Shown here piece by piece: positions 31,465 to 42,500 of a DNA stretch of 64,000 nucleotides (position 1 is its first letter; each line of letters begins with the position of its first letter). This stretch comes from Kribbellaceae bacterium (lineage in GTDB: Bacteria; Actinomycetota; Actinomycetes; Propionibacteriales; Kribbellaceae), in the NCBI GenBank assembly GCA_033851055.1, contig JAWWPC010000076.1, positions 21,239 to 85,238 on the forward strand, given 5' to 3'. The translations under genes and the position numbers were made by a program. The notes under the pieces were generated by a model. The model made no database searches, was not told the DNA's origin, and saw only the letters and a list, made by a program, of their open reading frames with translations.

Positions 31465-32208
31465 TCACACCGCCGACCCGAAGTTGCTGACCCATTGCCG
31501 CAGATCGGCGGTCACCGAATCCCACACTCCTGTCAACAGCAGTAGTCCCACGACGATCATCAGTACGCCGCCGACGCGGATCACCAGCAACTGGTGCCTA
31601 CGGACCCAGGCCACCGCACCGAGCATCCGGCGGAACGCCAGCGCGGCCACGATGAACGGGATCCCCAGTCCCAGGCTGAACACCAGCGCCAGCACAGCGC
31701 CTCGGATCGAACTGCCCTCGGTCGCGGCCAGGTTCATCACCGTGCCCAGGGTCGGGCCGATGCACGGCGTCCAGCCGAATCCGAACAGTACGCCGAGCAG
31801 CGGCGCGGCGGCGATCCCGACAGCCGGCACCCGATGCACCCGGAGGTCGCGCTGCAGGAAGCCGAAGCCGCCGAGGAAGATCAGCCCGAGCACCACCGTG
31901 CCTGCCCCGAGGATCCGGGTGATCAGGGTCTGGTGCTCGAGCAGCGCGTTGCCGATGGCACCGAACAGCACACCGGTCAGGATGAAGACCGCGGAGAAGC
32001 CGGCCACGAACAGGCTGGTCCCGGCCAGCATCCGGCCGCGCCGGTTGCTACCCAGCTCGGCCGCGGACAGCCCGGTCACATAAGAGAGGTACCCGGGCAA
32101 CAGCGGCACGACGCAGGGTGAGAAGAACGAGATCGCTCCGGCCACCACCGCGATCGGCACCGCCACCAGCATCGAGCCCGTCATCGACTGGGCGAACCAT
32201 TCCCCCAC
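31465..32208 (-). CDS. ccdA: Cytochrome c biogenesis protein CcdA
   Basis: SFFSPCVVPL.PGY, GWTPCIGP. Confidence 0.95.
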   Translation of the reverse strand: MGEWFAQSMTGSMLVAVPIAVVAGAISFFSPCVVPLLPGYLSYVTGLSAAELGSNRRGRMLAGTSLFVAGFSAVFILTGVLFGAIGNALLEHQTLITRILGAGTVVLGLIFLGGFGFLQRDLRVHRVPAVGIAAAPLLGVLFGFGWTPCIGPTLGTVMNLAATEGSSIRGAVLALVFSLGLGIPFIVAALAFRRMLGAVAWVRRHQLLVIRVGGVLMIVVGLLLLTGVWDSVTADLRQWVSNFGSAV

Positions 32209-32213
32209 TCAGG

Positions 32214-32789
32214 TCACCCTGCGTCCTGGACCATGCCGACGAGAGTCTGCGTGGTCACCTCTCCCAGCACCCGGGAAGCCACCTTGCCCTGCTTGTCGAT
32301 CACCAGCGTGCTGGGGATGGATTGCGGCGAGATCTGCCCACGGAAGACCAGCAACTGCTTGCCGCTCGGATCGTAGATACTCGGGTAGCCGACGCCGAAC
32401 TCCTGGACGAACTTCTGGGCCGGCACCTTGCTCAGGTCACGGGTGTTCAGCCCGACGAACTGCACCGAGGGGCCGAGCTGCTTCGAGGCGGCGACCAGAT
32501 CCGGCGCCTCCTTCCGGCAGGGCGGGCACCATGAACCCCAGACATTCAGTACGACGACCTTGCCGGTGTGGTCGGACAGCTTCCACGATTTGCCGTCCAG
32601 GGTCTGGCCGCCGAACTGAGGTGCGGCCTGGCGGTCGCCGGCCGCGAAGGTGGACACTCGGTTGTTGCCGCTGACGAACCCGGTCTGGCCCTTCCGGTCC
32701 TGGCTCGCCTGCTGTCCGGAACTGCAGGCCGTCAGGGTGGCCAGTAGCGCCGCCGCCATCACCACAGAGATCACCGGCGTACGACGCAT
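32214..32789 (-). CDS. resA: TlpA/ResA thiol-disulfide oxidoreductase lipoprotein
   Basis: Lipobox LTAC, WGSWCPPC. Confidence 0.9.
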   Translation of the reverse strand: MRRTPVISVVMAAALLATLTACSSGQQASQDRKGQTGFVSGNNRVSTFAAGDRQAAPQFGGQTLDGKSWKLSDHTGKVVVLNVWGSWCPPCRKEAPDLVAASKQLGPSVQFVGLNTRDLSKVPAQKFVQEFGVGYPSIYDPSGKQLLVFRGQISPQSIPSTLVIDKQGKVASRVLGEVTTQTLVGMVQDAG

Positions 32790-33439
32790 CACGCGCCGCC
32801 TACGAACTTCTTCGGGTTCTTGACCGGCAGCAGATCCTTCGCCGGCTCGGCGTACCCGACCGAGACGATGGACTCGCCGTGGAAGGTGAACGAGGTGAGG
32901 CTGGCCAGGCTGCACTGCCGCTTGCGCGGGTCGTGGGGCAGCCGGCGGCCCTCGATCGCGCAGCGAACGATCCAGATCGGCAGCTGGTGGGACACGATCA
33001 GCGCCTCGTGCCCGGCGGCCTTCTGCCGTGCGGTCTCGATCGCGTCCCGCATCCGCCGGACCAGTTGCTGGTACGGCTCACCCCAGGACGGCTTCAGCGG
33101 GTTCCGCAGCAACCACCAGGCGCTCGGGTTGCGCAGCGCCCCATCGCCGACGCCGAAATGCTTACCCTCGAACAGATTCGCCGCCTCGATCACCCGCTCG
33201 TCGATGTCCGGGGTCAGCCCGAGGGTCCTGGCGATCGGCTCCATCGTCTCCTGCGCCCGCTCCAGCGGTGAGGTGACCAGATGCACGATGTCCCGGCCGG
33301 CCACGTGCTCGGCGACCCGGTCGGCCATCTTGCGGCCGAGCTCGGACAAGTGGAAGTCGGGGATCCGGCCGTAGAGCACGCCGGTCGGGTTGTGCACCTC
33401 GCCGTGACGCATCAGGTGAACGACCGTCGTTTCGGTCAC
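32789..33439 (-). CDS. Histidine phosphatase family protein
   Basis: RHGE motif, SPLERAQET, VSHQ; conserved between hemL and resA. Confidence 0.9.
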   Translation of the reverse strand: MTETTVVHLMRHGEVHNPTGVLYGRIPDFHLSELGRKMADRVAEHVAGRDIVHLVTSPLERAQETMEPIARTLGLTPDIDERVIEAANLFEGKHFGVGDGALRNPSAWWLLRNPLKPSWGEPYQQLVRRMRDAIETARQKAAGHEALIVSHQLPIWIVRCAIEGRRLPHDPRKRQCSLASLTSFTFHGESIVSVGYAEPAKDLLPVKNPKKFVGGA

Positions 33440-33453
33440 CGCAGCAGATCCCT

Positions 33454-34815
33454 TCAGTTCTTCACAGCCGCAGCCGCCCGGGCTGCCCCGGCCAATGCGG
33501 ACTCGATCTGACCCAGAGCGTCGTCGTCGATCGCGGCACTCACGAACCAAGCCTCGAACGCGCTCGGCGCTAGATAGACGCCGGCGTCCAGCATGGCATG
33601 GAAGAAGGCGGCGAACCGGGGCAGCACCTGAGCCCCCGCCCCGGTGAAGTCCCGGATCTGCCGCGATCCTTCCGATGAGTCCACGAAGAAGACGCTGAAG
33701 AGGTTCCCGGCGGCCTGGATGACGTGCGGCACACCTTCCTTGTCCAGCGCGGTGCCGACCAGTCGCCGGATCGTTGCCGAGGTCTCGTCCAGCTTGCGGT
33801 AGACCTCATCCGTTGCCAGTCGCAACGTGGTCAGCCCAGCCGTGGTGGCGATCGGGTTCCCGGACAGCGTGCCGGCCTGGTAGACCGACCCCTCGGGCGA
33901 CAGGTGCGACATCAACTCGGCCCGTCCGCCGAAGGCCGCCGCCGGGAAGCCACCGCCCATTACCTTGCCGAACGTCATCAGATCCGGCACCACCCCGTCG
34001 ACGCCGTACCAACCGGAGCGGGTGATCCGGAACCCCGTCATGACCTCGTCGGAGATGAACAGCCCCCCGTGGTCCTGGCAGGTCTTCGCCAGGAACGCGT
34101 TGAACCCGTCCTTGGGCGGGACCACGCCCATGTTCCCGGGCGATGCCTCGGTGATCACCGCCGCGATCTGGTCGCCGTACGTCGCGAACGCCTCGGTGAC
34201 CGCTGCCTGGTCGTTGTAAGGCAGCACGATCGTGTCGGCGGTCGTGGCCTCGGTGACCCCCGGGGTGCCAGGGATGCCGAAGGTGACGACGCCGGAGCCC
34301 GCCTGGGCCAACAGCGCGTCGACGTGCCCGTGGTAGCAACCGGCGAACTTCACGATCTTGGCCCGGCCGGTGACACCGCGGGCCAGCCGCAGGGCCGACA
34401 TGGTCGCCTCAGTGCCGGACGAGACCAGCCGGACCTTCTCCACCGGCGTACGGGCGACGATCTCCTCGCCCAACTCCACCTCGGGCTGCGTCGGCGTCCC
34501 GTACGACGTACCGCGGCTGACCGCGGCCTGGACAGCGGCCGTCACTTCCGGGTGGGCATGCCCGAGCAGCATCGGGCCCCACGAGCAGACCAGGTCGACA
34601 TAGGTATTGCCGTCGACATCGGTGATGTGACATCCATCACCCGAGGCCATGAAGCGGGGTACCCCGCCGACGGCACGGAACGCGCGGACCGGCGAGTTCA
34701 CCCCACCGGGCGTCACCGCCGAGGCGCGGGCGAACAACGCGGCGGACTGAGCGGTGGCTTGATCTTTGGATGCTGCATCACTGGCTGCTGCGCTGAGATC
34801 TGACACAGCAGCCAT
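33454..34815 (-). CDS. hemL: Glutamate-1-semialdehyde 2,1-aminomutase
   Basis: [43 protein letters not shown]. Confidence 0.97.
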   Translation of the reverse strand: MAAVSDLSAAASDAASKDQATAQSAALFARASAVTPGGVNSPVRAFRAVGGVPRFMASGDGCHITDVDGNTYVDLVCSWGPMLLGHAHPEVTAAVQAAVSRGTSYGTPTQPEVELGEEIVARTPVEKVRLVSSGTEATMSALRLARGVTGRAKIVKFAGCYHGHVDALLAQAGSGVVTFGIPGTPGVTEATTADTIVLPYNDQAAVTEAFATYGDQIAAVITEASPGNMGVVPPKDGFNAFLAKTCQDHGGLFISDEVMTGFRITRSGWYGVDGVVPDLMTFGKVMGGGFPAAAFGGRAELMSHLSPEGSVYQAGTLSGNPIATTAGLTTLRLATDEVYRKLDETSATIRRLVGTALDKEGVPHVIQAAGNLFSVFFVDSSEGSRQIRDFTGAGAQVLPRFAAFFHAMLDAGVYLAPSAFEAWFVSAAIDDDALGQIESALAGAARAAAAVKN

Positions 34816-35068
34816 TCTCCCCGACAGACCAGTGGCCCGAGTGGGCGGGGACGACCTATCGGAGCATGCAGGCGGGCAGGGGCTTCACAGGTGCGTTGTT
34901 ACGCGTCAGTATAGGTACCCAGTGACCGCCCGTGCACTGTCCGCGTTCTTCGCGTAACCCACGCCGAGGACCGCCGTTAGTCCAAACACGACGGTCGCCT
35001 GGACCGACCAGAAGACGTGCCCGCAGCGTGGGGTGGGGGGCGTCGATGAGTCACGGAGGGGATCTTCG

Positions 35069-36409
35069 ATGGCGAAGGCCAAGCGCCACGCCAGGAATGG
35101 CGGGTGGATGCAGATCGCGCCGCTCGTCCCGCTGGCGTTGTTCGCTAGCGCGTTCACCGTCAGCGCCGCCGACGACTCGGCTGTCGCGACCGCCGCGCTG
35201 GACCAGGGGATCTCCAGGGACAGCCCGGTCGTGGTGCCGAAGCAGGCCATCACAGAGCCGGCGAACATCCCAGTGCCCGGCTCCATCGGCAACGGCATCG
35301 ACCGTGGCTCGCAGCCCACTCAGGTGGTGTCCGGGCTGTCCCGCAACGGTATCCCCGAGGCGGCTTTGAAGGCGTACTCCCGGGCCCAGCAGGTGATGTC
35401 ACATGTGGACCCAGGCTGCCAGTTGCCGTGGACCCTCATCGCCGCGATCGGCCGGGTCGAGTCCAACCACGGGCGGCACGGCGGCAACATGCTGAACAGC
35501 TCCGGCGTCGCCGTTCCGGGCATCTACGGCCCCCGGCTCGATGGCATCAGCACGGCCAAGATCAACGACACGGATGCCGGGCAGTTCGACAACGACTCCG
35601 CGTTCGACCGGGCCGTCGGACCGATGCAGTTCATCCCTGGCACCTGGCGCGCGATGGGCGTCGACGGTGACGGCGACAGCGTCCGGAACCCGCAGGACAT
35701 CGACGATGCGGCGATGTCGACCGCGGTCTACCTGTGCTCCGGCAACACCAACCTGTCGAACGCCGCCGACCTGAACCAGGCCGTCCTGCGATACAACCAC
35801 TCCCAGTCGTACGTCGACCTGGTGATCAGCATCGCCAAGGCCTACGCGGCCGGTAGCTGGATCGCCGTCGGCAACGGCACCGAGAGCGACGACCAGGGTA
35901 TCGACCACGCCGGCGGCAAGCTCGGCCCGGAAATCAATGCCCCGGCCGACCACGACCTCCCTGAAGCGGTCAGCCTGCCGGGCCGCCCCGGCACCGCCAC
36001 GCCACGGCCGACGCCGACCACCCCGCAGGGCAAACCCAAGCCGACCAAGGACAAGCCCGGCACCCCGGGCCGCATCACCCCGGACAAGCCGACCACCGGC
36101 AAGCCTCCGACGACCAGGCCGACAACCCCGCCGCCGAACACACCGCCCGGAGTGGCAACGCTCCAAACGGCAGCCGGTCTCATCGTCGGCACGGTCGGCA
36201 GCACGGGCTCGGAGCTGACCAAGGCTGCGCAGTACTGCCAGTCCGAGATGTCCAAGGTGACCATCACCAACCCGACGCAGGCTCAGCTCCAGAATTGCGT
36301 GACCGCCTTCCAGACCGGTGGCACCGCGGCCGTCGATCAGGTGATCCGCAACCTGTTGTCCCTGCTCGGTTTGCTCGGCGTCCTCGGCGGCGGAGTTCTA
36401 GGCAGCTAG
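35069..36409 (+). CDS. Secreted lytic transglycosylase (SLT_2-like) with Pro/Thr/Lys-rich linker
   Basis: AAIGRVESNHG, AVGPMQFIPGTW, AVLRYNHS; signal peptide; GGAGG SD before ATG 35069. Confidence 0.9.
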   Translation: MAKAKRHARNGGWMQIAPLVPLALFASAFTVSAADDSAVATAALDQGISRDSPVVVPKQAITEPANIPVPGSIGNGIDRGSQPTQVVSGLSRNGIPEAALKAYSRAQQVMSHVDPGCQLPWTLIAAIGRVESNHGRHGGNMLNSSGVAVPGIYGPRLDGISTAKINDTDAGQFDNDSAFDRAVGPMQFIPGTWRAMGVDGDGDSVRNPQDIDDAAMSTAVYLCSGNTNLSNAADLNQAVLRYNHSQSYVDLVISIAKAYAAGSWIAVGNGTESDDQGIDHAGGKLGPEINAPADHDLPEAVSLPGRPGTATPRPTPTTPQGKPKPTKDKPGTPGRITPDKPTTGKPPTTRPTTPPPNTPPGVATLQTAAGLIVGTVGSTGSELTKAAQYCQSEMSKVTITNPTQAQLQNCVTAFQTGGTAAVDQVIRNLLSLLGLLGVLGGGVLGS

Positions 36410-36419
36410 CCCCACAATC

Positions 36420-36501
36420 TGGCGCGCCCGCCCCCACCCCTCCCCTTGGGCGCGCCACTTGCGACGCCACGGAGCACCTCCCCCCGGCTCCGTGGCGTCG
36501 C
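36420..36501. terminator. Two tandem GC-rich hairpins between convergent genes
   Basis: TGGCGCGCCC/GGGCGCGCCA and GCGACGCCACGGAGC/GCTCCGTGGCGTCGC. Confidence 0.7.
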
Positions 36502-36635
36502 CCCTTCTGTTCAAGCGTTTACTTGAAGTCCGTCGCTCGGGCTCGAACCTGCACCACAGCGGTAGCCGTCAGCGGCGCGCCAAGCTTCTCGATGGTCTGC
36601 GTGACGATTGCACGGCCCGACGGCCGACTGCGGGT

Positions 36636-37598
36636 TCAGGCGAAGCGCTTGGTGACCTGCTCGACCCGGCTGACCAGGTCCACGTCGTAGGCGACACCGG
36701 GCACATAGAAGATCATGTAGTCGGCACCGGCTTCCAGCGCTGCTTCCACCTTGAGGGCGATCTCGTCCTCGGTGGCGATGAGGGTGTCGTTGGAGAACTT
36801 CTCCCAGTTCATCGGACCGAGCGCCTTCTCGGTGGCCTTCTTCGGGTCGTCCCCGGCGTCGATCGGGAACACGTTCAAGCTGGTCGACTTGATGATCTCG
36901 TTGTAGTCACGACCGACGGTCTCGCAGTGACCCTTGAGGAGCGCCGCCTTCTCCTTGATCACCTCGGGGTTGCCGCCGCCGATGTTCGCCGCGTCGCCGT
37001 ACTGGGCGACCAGCTTGAGGGTGACCTTCGGGCCGCCGCCACCGATCCACAGGGACGGGTGCGGCTTGCGGACACCCTTCGGCTCGTTGATCGGCTTGTC
37101 GATCGAGTAGTACTTGCCCTTGAAGACGGGCTCGTCCTCGGTCCACATCTTGTAGATGATCTCGGTGGCCTCGCGGAAGGCGCCCATCCGGTCCTTCAGC
37201 TCGGGCCACTCGTAGCCGTAGGCCTTCCACTCGTGCTCGTACCAGCCCGCGCCGATCCCGGCGTACAGGCGGCCGTTGCTGGCGACGTCCACGGTGGAGG
37301 CGATCTTGGCGTAGAGGGCGGGGTTGCGGTATCCGTTGCAGCCGACCATCTGGCCGATGTTCACACGCTTGGTGTCACGGGCCAGCGCGGCGGTGGCGGT
37401 CCAGCACTCGAAAGTGGACTCGGTGCTCGGCTCCGGCACGGTGTGGAAGTGGTCGAAGAGCCAGATGGAGTCCCAGGAGCCCTCGTCGGCAGCCTTGGCG
37501 ACATTCGTCATCGCCTCCCACTGCTCGACCGGGTCGGCGATCCCGGCGAGGTCCATCTTCCAGCCCTGCGGTACAAAGATTCCGAAACGTGTGGTCAT
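36636..37598 (-). CDS. LLM-class F420-dependent oxidoreductase
   Basis: DSIWLFDHF, YRNPALYAK..STVD..S.GR, GIGAGW, IGGGG. Confidence 0.92.
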   Translation of the reverse strand: MTTRFGIFVPQGWKMDLAGIADPVEQWEAMTNVAKAADEGSWDSIWLFDHFHTVPEPSTESTFECWTATAALARDTKRVNIGQMVGCNGYRNPALYAKIASTVDVASNGRLYAGIGAGWYEHEWKAYGYEWPELKDRMGAFREATEIIYKMWTEDEPVFKGKYYSIDKPINEPKGVRKPHPSLWIGGGGPKVTLKLVAQYGDAANIGGGNPEVIKEKAALLKGHCETVGRDYNEIIKSTSLNVFPIDAGDDPKKATEKALGPMNWEKFSNDTLIATEDEIALKVEAALEAGADYMIFYVPGVAYDVDLVSRVEQVTKRFA

Positions 37599-37727
37599 GC
37601 TCCCATCCTCCCCGGCGGTCGCTTAACCGGTCTAGTGATCTGCTCGCTGGATCAGTTCTCAATCAAACCGCCCCAGCTTCTTAATCCCCCGAACCAATCG
37701 TCGCGGCGGGGCGTCGTACCCGGCAGC

Positions 37728-38498
37728 GTGCCCCATCACACCAGGCGTGGCGCCAGGACGCGGGAGGGAACGACCATCGAGCCGACACAGGTTGACCCAG
37801 CCACTGACAAGTTCGACAGGCTGTTCGACGAGGCCGTGCCGTTGATCTCCAGCCAGCGACACCGCCGCGACTCGCCTCCGGTCGAGGGCGGCCGCTGGCC
37901 AGTCAGTGTGGTGCTCCGTCCGCCTGATGACAGTGAGCTCAGCCGGCGCCTCGACGCGCTCACCTCCGAAGCCGCCGTTCTGGCCGGCCCCGGGCACTGG
38001 CTCACTGGACGCGCCGGTTCCGCGCATCTCACCGTCCGCGCGCTGGAGACCTACAGGCAGGTGGTGGATCCGTCGGCCCCGGTGATCCAGCGGTATCGAG
38101 CCGCGCTGCGGGCGGCAGCCGACCGAACAGGTCCGGCGCTGATCCAGGTGACCGGACTGACGCTCACCGCCGGCTCGGTGATGGCATGCGCCTTTCCGCT
38201 CGACGCTCAGGCTGACCTCTTGATGGACCGGTTCGCCGAGGAGCTCGGCCCGGACGGCTGGTTCGAACACCCCCACGGCCGCCGCGACATCTGGTACCTG
38301 AACCTCGTCCACTTCACCAGCCACATCCCGTCCCCCCAACGCTTGATCGACTGGGTGGCGGAACGCCGGAGACTTGACGTGGGCCGGACAACCATCACCA
38401 CCACCGAGCTGGTCCGCTTCCACTACTCCCCCGACATCAGCGGTCCTTTCATGCGTCCCCAACTCCTCGACAGCGTCAAGTTGCTCGGATCTTCCTGA
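37728..38498 (+). CDS. Hypothetical protein, possible 2H-phosphoesterase fold (start uncertain)
   Basis: GC3-rich codons from about 37790; AHLTV motif and a degenerate second motif (WYLNLVHF). Confidence 0.6.
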   Translation: MPHHTRRGARTREGTTIEPTQVDPATDKFDRLFDEAVPLISSQRHRRDSPPVEGGRWPVSVVLRPPDDSELSRRLDALTSEAAVLAGPGHWLTGRAGSAHLTVRALETYRQVVDPSAPVIQRYRAALRAAADRTGPALIQVTGLTLTAGSVMACAFPLDAQADLLMDRFAEELGPDGWFEHPHGRRDIWYLNLVHFTSHIPSPQRLIDWVAERRRLDVGRTTITTTELVRFHYSPDISGPFMRPQLLDSVKLLGSS

Positions 38499-38709
38499 GC
38501 TGCGGTTCATCGACGGAGGTCAGACCCTGGAGCCGAGGTGGCTCATATCTCACGAACGCCTCGATCGCCCGACCGATAGGCAACGGGTACCACCCGCCGA
38601 CGAACGAGAAGCCGTTCCCACCAATGACGGCGCTGCCGTCACGTACTGCGTAGAGTTCTTTCAGCAACTGAGGCAGCGGGTGCCTGATCTCCCGCGTCGG
38701 TCGGGTCAC
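38476..38709 (-). pseudogene. Remnant: AbiEii-like N-terminus (MTRPTR) joined to an unrelated fragment
   Basis: GTGA overlap with the antitoxin stop; no nucleotidyltransferase motifs follow. Confidence 0.45.
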
Positions 38710-39305
38710 AGCAGGACCTCAAGGGCAGCCCTCAGAGGTGTGGTAGCTCTGGGGAACTGGCGCGCCAACTCCAGGAGCTCACCAGGTTGACTTCCCCGTC
38801 GACGGAGCCAACGCCGGAGTGCCTGGTGGCCGAGCTCATGGCCTTCGGTGCCGCGGGTTCGAAACGCGTCGATGATGCTGCGTTCCGGCGTGTAGATGCC
38901 GATCGCTGTGCCGACGTCGATATCCATCGATTCCCGACCGAGATCGAATGTCGCCGGATCGAACCAGTGCCATTGGACCGGCGAATCGACAGCTGGACGT
39001 CGCGTACCCCTCGGGAGCGCAATGTCATTGGCGGCGGGTATCGCGTCCGACAAGCCGTGGCGAGCCAGCGCCGTGGCCAGACACAACGTGGCCCGAGGCG
39101 CTTTCTGCGCTGCCGCGATAAGACCAAGGTCGGCCGCGGGAGCATCCATACGCCGATAGAGCCCCCTCGCGAGCGGCTCGATGAGGCCATGGTCACGCAT
39201 TGCGTAGAGCCTACGGTTGGACAGACCCGCAGCACGGGCCCTTGCGTAGGTGAAGGTATCCGGCAGATCAGCCGGCAATGCGCTGGCAGCCGCTCTGGTA
39301 CCCAT
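38706..39305 (-). CDS. Type IV TA AbiEi-family antitoxin
   Basis: FT..RA..AGL..R.LY..RD.G.IE.LARGLYR wHTH; CL.TAL..HGLSD.IP; Y.PERSIID.FR. Confidence 0.85.
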   Translation of the reverse strand: MGTRAAASALPADLPDTFTYARARAAGLSNRRLYAMRDHGLIEPLARGLYRRMDAPAADLGLIAAAQKAPRATLCLATALARHGLSDAIPAANDIALPRGTRRPAVDSPVQWHWFDPATFDLGRESMDIDVGTAIGIYTPERSIIDAFRTRGTEGHELGHQALRRWLRRRGSQPGELLELARQFPRATTPLRAALEVLL

Positions 39306-39404
39306 CGGACATCTGCCCTCCCCGGGAAGAAGTGTACACACAAATCATTTTCTGTAGACGCTTGTTTTCACAGCCGATTGCGGCAGGCGCCGGACCAGGA
39401 CACT

Positions 39405-39418
39405 TGAGAGCGCTCCAG
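39405..39418. promoter_or_regulatory. CebR/LacI-like operator TGAGAGCGCTCCAG
   Basis: 11/14 match to TGGGAGCGCTCCCA; upstream of the GH3 gene. Confidence 0.5.
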
Positions 39419-39515
39419 TTCCGGAACCGGCGAGGTATTGACCCGGGGACGGGGAGCGCTGAGCATCAGGCAACGCGTGCGTGAGGCTCGCGCAGCATCC
39501 TGAGGAGTCGCCCCC

Positions 39516-42500
39516 ATGCCCAGGTGGCCAGCTTTCCGTCCGATCCGGCCCAGACGGCGTACTGCGTTAGTTACGACAGCGGCGTTGCTGACCGGGTTGT
39601 TGCCGCTGGGGGTGGCCTCGCAGGCGGCCGCGGACGACCCGGCACCGATCGTGCTGGCCTCGTTCGAGGGAGCGGAGCCGTTCGCCTCTCCGCCTAACGC
39701 CGGCATCTTCGGCTGGGGCAGCGACGGCGACGATCCGCCGACGATGGAACTGCAGACCCGTGCTGACGCGCCCCAAGGCGAGAAGGTCCTGCACGGCACG
39801 TACAACATCAGCGGGTACGGCGGGTTCAGCCACGACGTCACCTTCGACCAGAACCCTGGCGACTGGTCGGCGCACAAGGGCATCCGGTTCTGGTGGTACG
39901 GCCAGAACACCGCGCCGCTGCCGCCCGGTTCCGGCAAGCGGATCTTCTTCGAGATCAAGGACGGCGGCGCCAACGCCGAGGCGTCCGAGCTGTGGAACAC
40001 CAGCTTCACCGACGACTGGCAGGGCTGGCACCTGGTCGAGATCCCCTTCACCGACCTGGTTTACCGCGGCGACTACCAACCCGTCGGGGGGATCGACCAG
40101 GTCCTCAACCTGACTCAGATGTGGGGCTACGCGTTCACAATGCCGGTCGGTACGCCGGGGGAGTTCGCGATCGACCAGGTGGAGGTCTACGGCAAGGCCG
40201 ACCCTGCACTCAAGGCGAGTGTGGTCACCGACGCCGGGGTCTACCCGGTAAAGGAGGGTGGCACCGCGCAAGTGAAGATCTCGGTCGCTACCACTGGGAG
40301 CGCACCGCTGGAGGAGCCCGTCACGGTCGAGTACCGAACTGGCACGGGCACGGCCGGCGCAGACGACTATCTGCCCGTGTCCGGAGCCTTCACCTTCCCG
40401 GCCGGCACAGCCTCCGGTACGTCGCAGACCATCGCCGTGGTCACCCGCAAGGACCGTACGTCGGAGGTCGCCGAGACCATTCCACTGGAGCTCACCGTGA
40501 CCGGAGCGAAGGCCCCGACGACCCAGCCGCAGGTGGTGATCAACGCGCACGACCTGCCGTATCTGAACAAGAGTCTCCCGGTGAAGACCCGGGTCAAGGA
40601 CCTGCTGCAGCGGATGACGCTGGCGGAGAAGGTCGGCCAGATGACTCAGGCCGAGCGCAACGCACTCCGCTCGCGCACCGACATCGCGTCGTACGGGCTG
40701 GGATCGCTGCTGTCCGGCGGTGGTTCGGTACCAACGCCGAACACGCCCGCCGCCTGGGCCGCGATGATCGACAACTTCCAGCTGAACGCGCAGGCGACCC
40801 GGCTGCAGGTGCCACTGATCTACGGCGTCGACGCCGTGCACGGCCACAACAACGTGATCGGCGCGACGATCCTGCCGCACAACATCGGCATCGGCGCGAC
40901 CCGCGACCCGGAGCTGTCCCGTCGCGCCGGCGCCGTCACCGCCACCGAAGTGCGTGCCACCGGCATCCCGTGGGACTTCGCGCCCTGCCTCTGCGTCACG
41001 CGTGACGATCGCTGGGGCCGCGCCTACGAGGCGTACGGCGAGGACCCGGCGCTGGTGAAGTCGATGGAAACCGTCATCGAGGGTATGCAGGGCAAGGCCG
41101 ACGGGAGCCAACTCAAGCAGAACACCCACGTACTGGCGACCGCGAAGCACTACGTCGGCGACGGCGGTACGACGTACGGGTCGTCGACCACCGGCAGTTA
41201 CAAGATCGACCAGGGCGTTACCGAGGTCACCCCGCAGCAGTTGGAGGCGATCCACCTCGACCCGTTCAAGACCGCGGTGGACCTCGGCGTCGGCACCGTG
41301 ATGCCGTCGTACTCGAGCGTCGACATCATCGGCGACGATGCGGGGCCGGTGAAGATGCACGGCAACGCAGAGTTGATCAACGGCGTCCTGAAGCAGCGGA
41401 TGGGCTTCGACGGGTTCGTGATCAGCGACTGGCAGGCGATCGACCAACTGCCTGGGGACTACCCGAGCGACGTCCGGACGTCGATCAATGCTGGGCTTGA
41501 CATGATCATGGTCCCGAGCAACTACCAGGGCTTCACCCAGACGCTGACTGACGAGGTCACGGCGGGGCGGGTGCCGCTGGCGCGCGTCGATGACGCAGTC
41601 AGCCGGATCCTGACGCAGAAGTTCAAACTCGGCCTGTTCGAGCACCCGTACGCCGACACCGGCAACCTGAGCTCGATCGGTTCGGCGGAGCACCGGGCGG
41701 TCGCACGCGAGGCCGCGGCCAAGTCGCAGGTGCTGCTGAAGAACAACGGGAACGTGTTGCCGCTGGCATCGACCTCCAAGGTCTATGTTGCCGGCAGCAA
41801 CGCGAACGACCTGGGCAACCAGATGGGCGGTTGGTCGATCACTTGGCAAGGTGCCTCCGGCAACACCACCACCGGTACGACGATCCTGGACGGGATCAAG
41901 CAGGTCGTACCCGATGCCACGTTCAGCCAGGACGCCTCGGCACCGTTGGAGGGACACGACGTCGGGGTCGTCGTGGTCGGCGAGAAGCCCTATGCCGAAG
42001 GGATTGGTGACGTCGGCAACGGTCACGACCTGTTGCTGACGGATGCGGACAAGGCAGCCGTCACGAAGGTGTGTGCGGCCATGAAGTGTGTCGTCCTGGT
42101 GATCTCCGGACGCCCGCAGGTGGTCGCTGATCAACTCAGTGAGATCGATGCGCTGGTGGCGTCGTGGCTGCCTGGCACCGAGGGCGCCGGCGTGGCGGAT
42201 GTGCTGTTCGGCAAGCGTCCGTTCAGCGGCCGGCTGCCGGTGACCTGGCCGAAGTCGGAGGCGCAGCTGCCGATCAACGTCGGCGACGCGACGTACGACC
42301 CGCAGTATCCGTACGGCTGGGGGCTGACCACCCAGGCCGCAGCGCGGCAGAAGCTGACTGACACCAGGCAGGACCTGCTGCGCAAGGGAGCCCAGTCGCC
42401 GGACGTATTGGCCTCGGTGGTCTACCTCGACCAGGCGCTTCGAGTGAAGGACTGGTCGGGGCCGCAGGCAACCACTGCCCTGCAGTCGCTCGGCCAGGCC

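Noticed and set aside
34816-35068. Possible c-di-AMP (ydaO) riboswitch upstream of the lytic transglycosylase
   Set aside because: The conserved GCCGAAUCC/GGAACC/GGGGUGAA elements are not visible.
36519-36612. Short minus frame AIVTQTIEKLGAPLTATAVVQVRARATDFK
   Set aside because: No start or SD and no recognisable family; at most a gene remnant.
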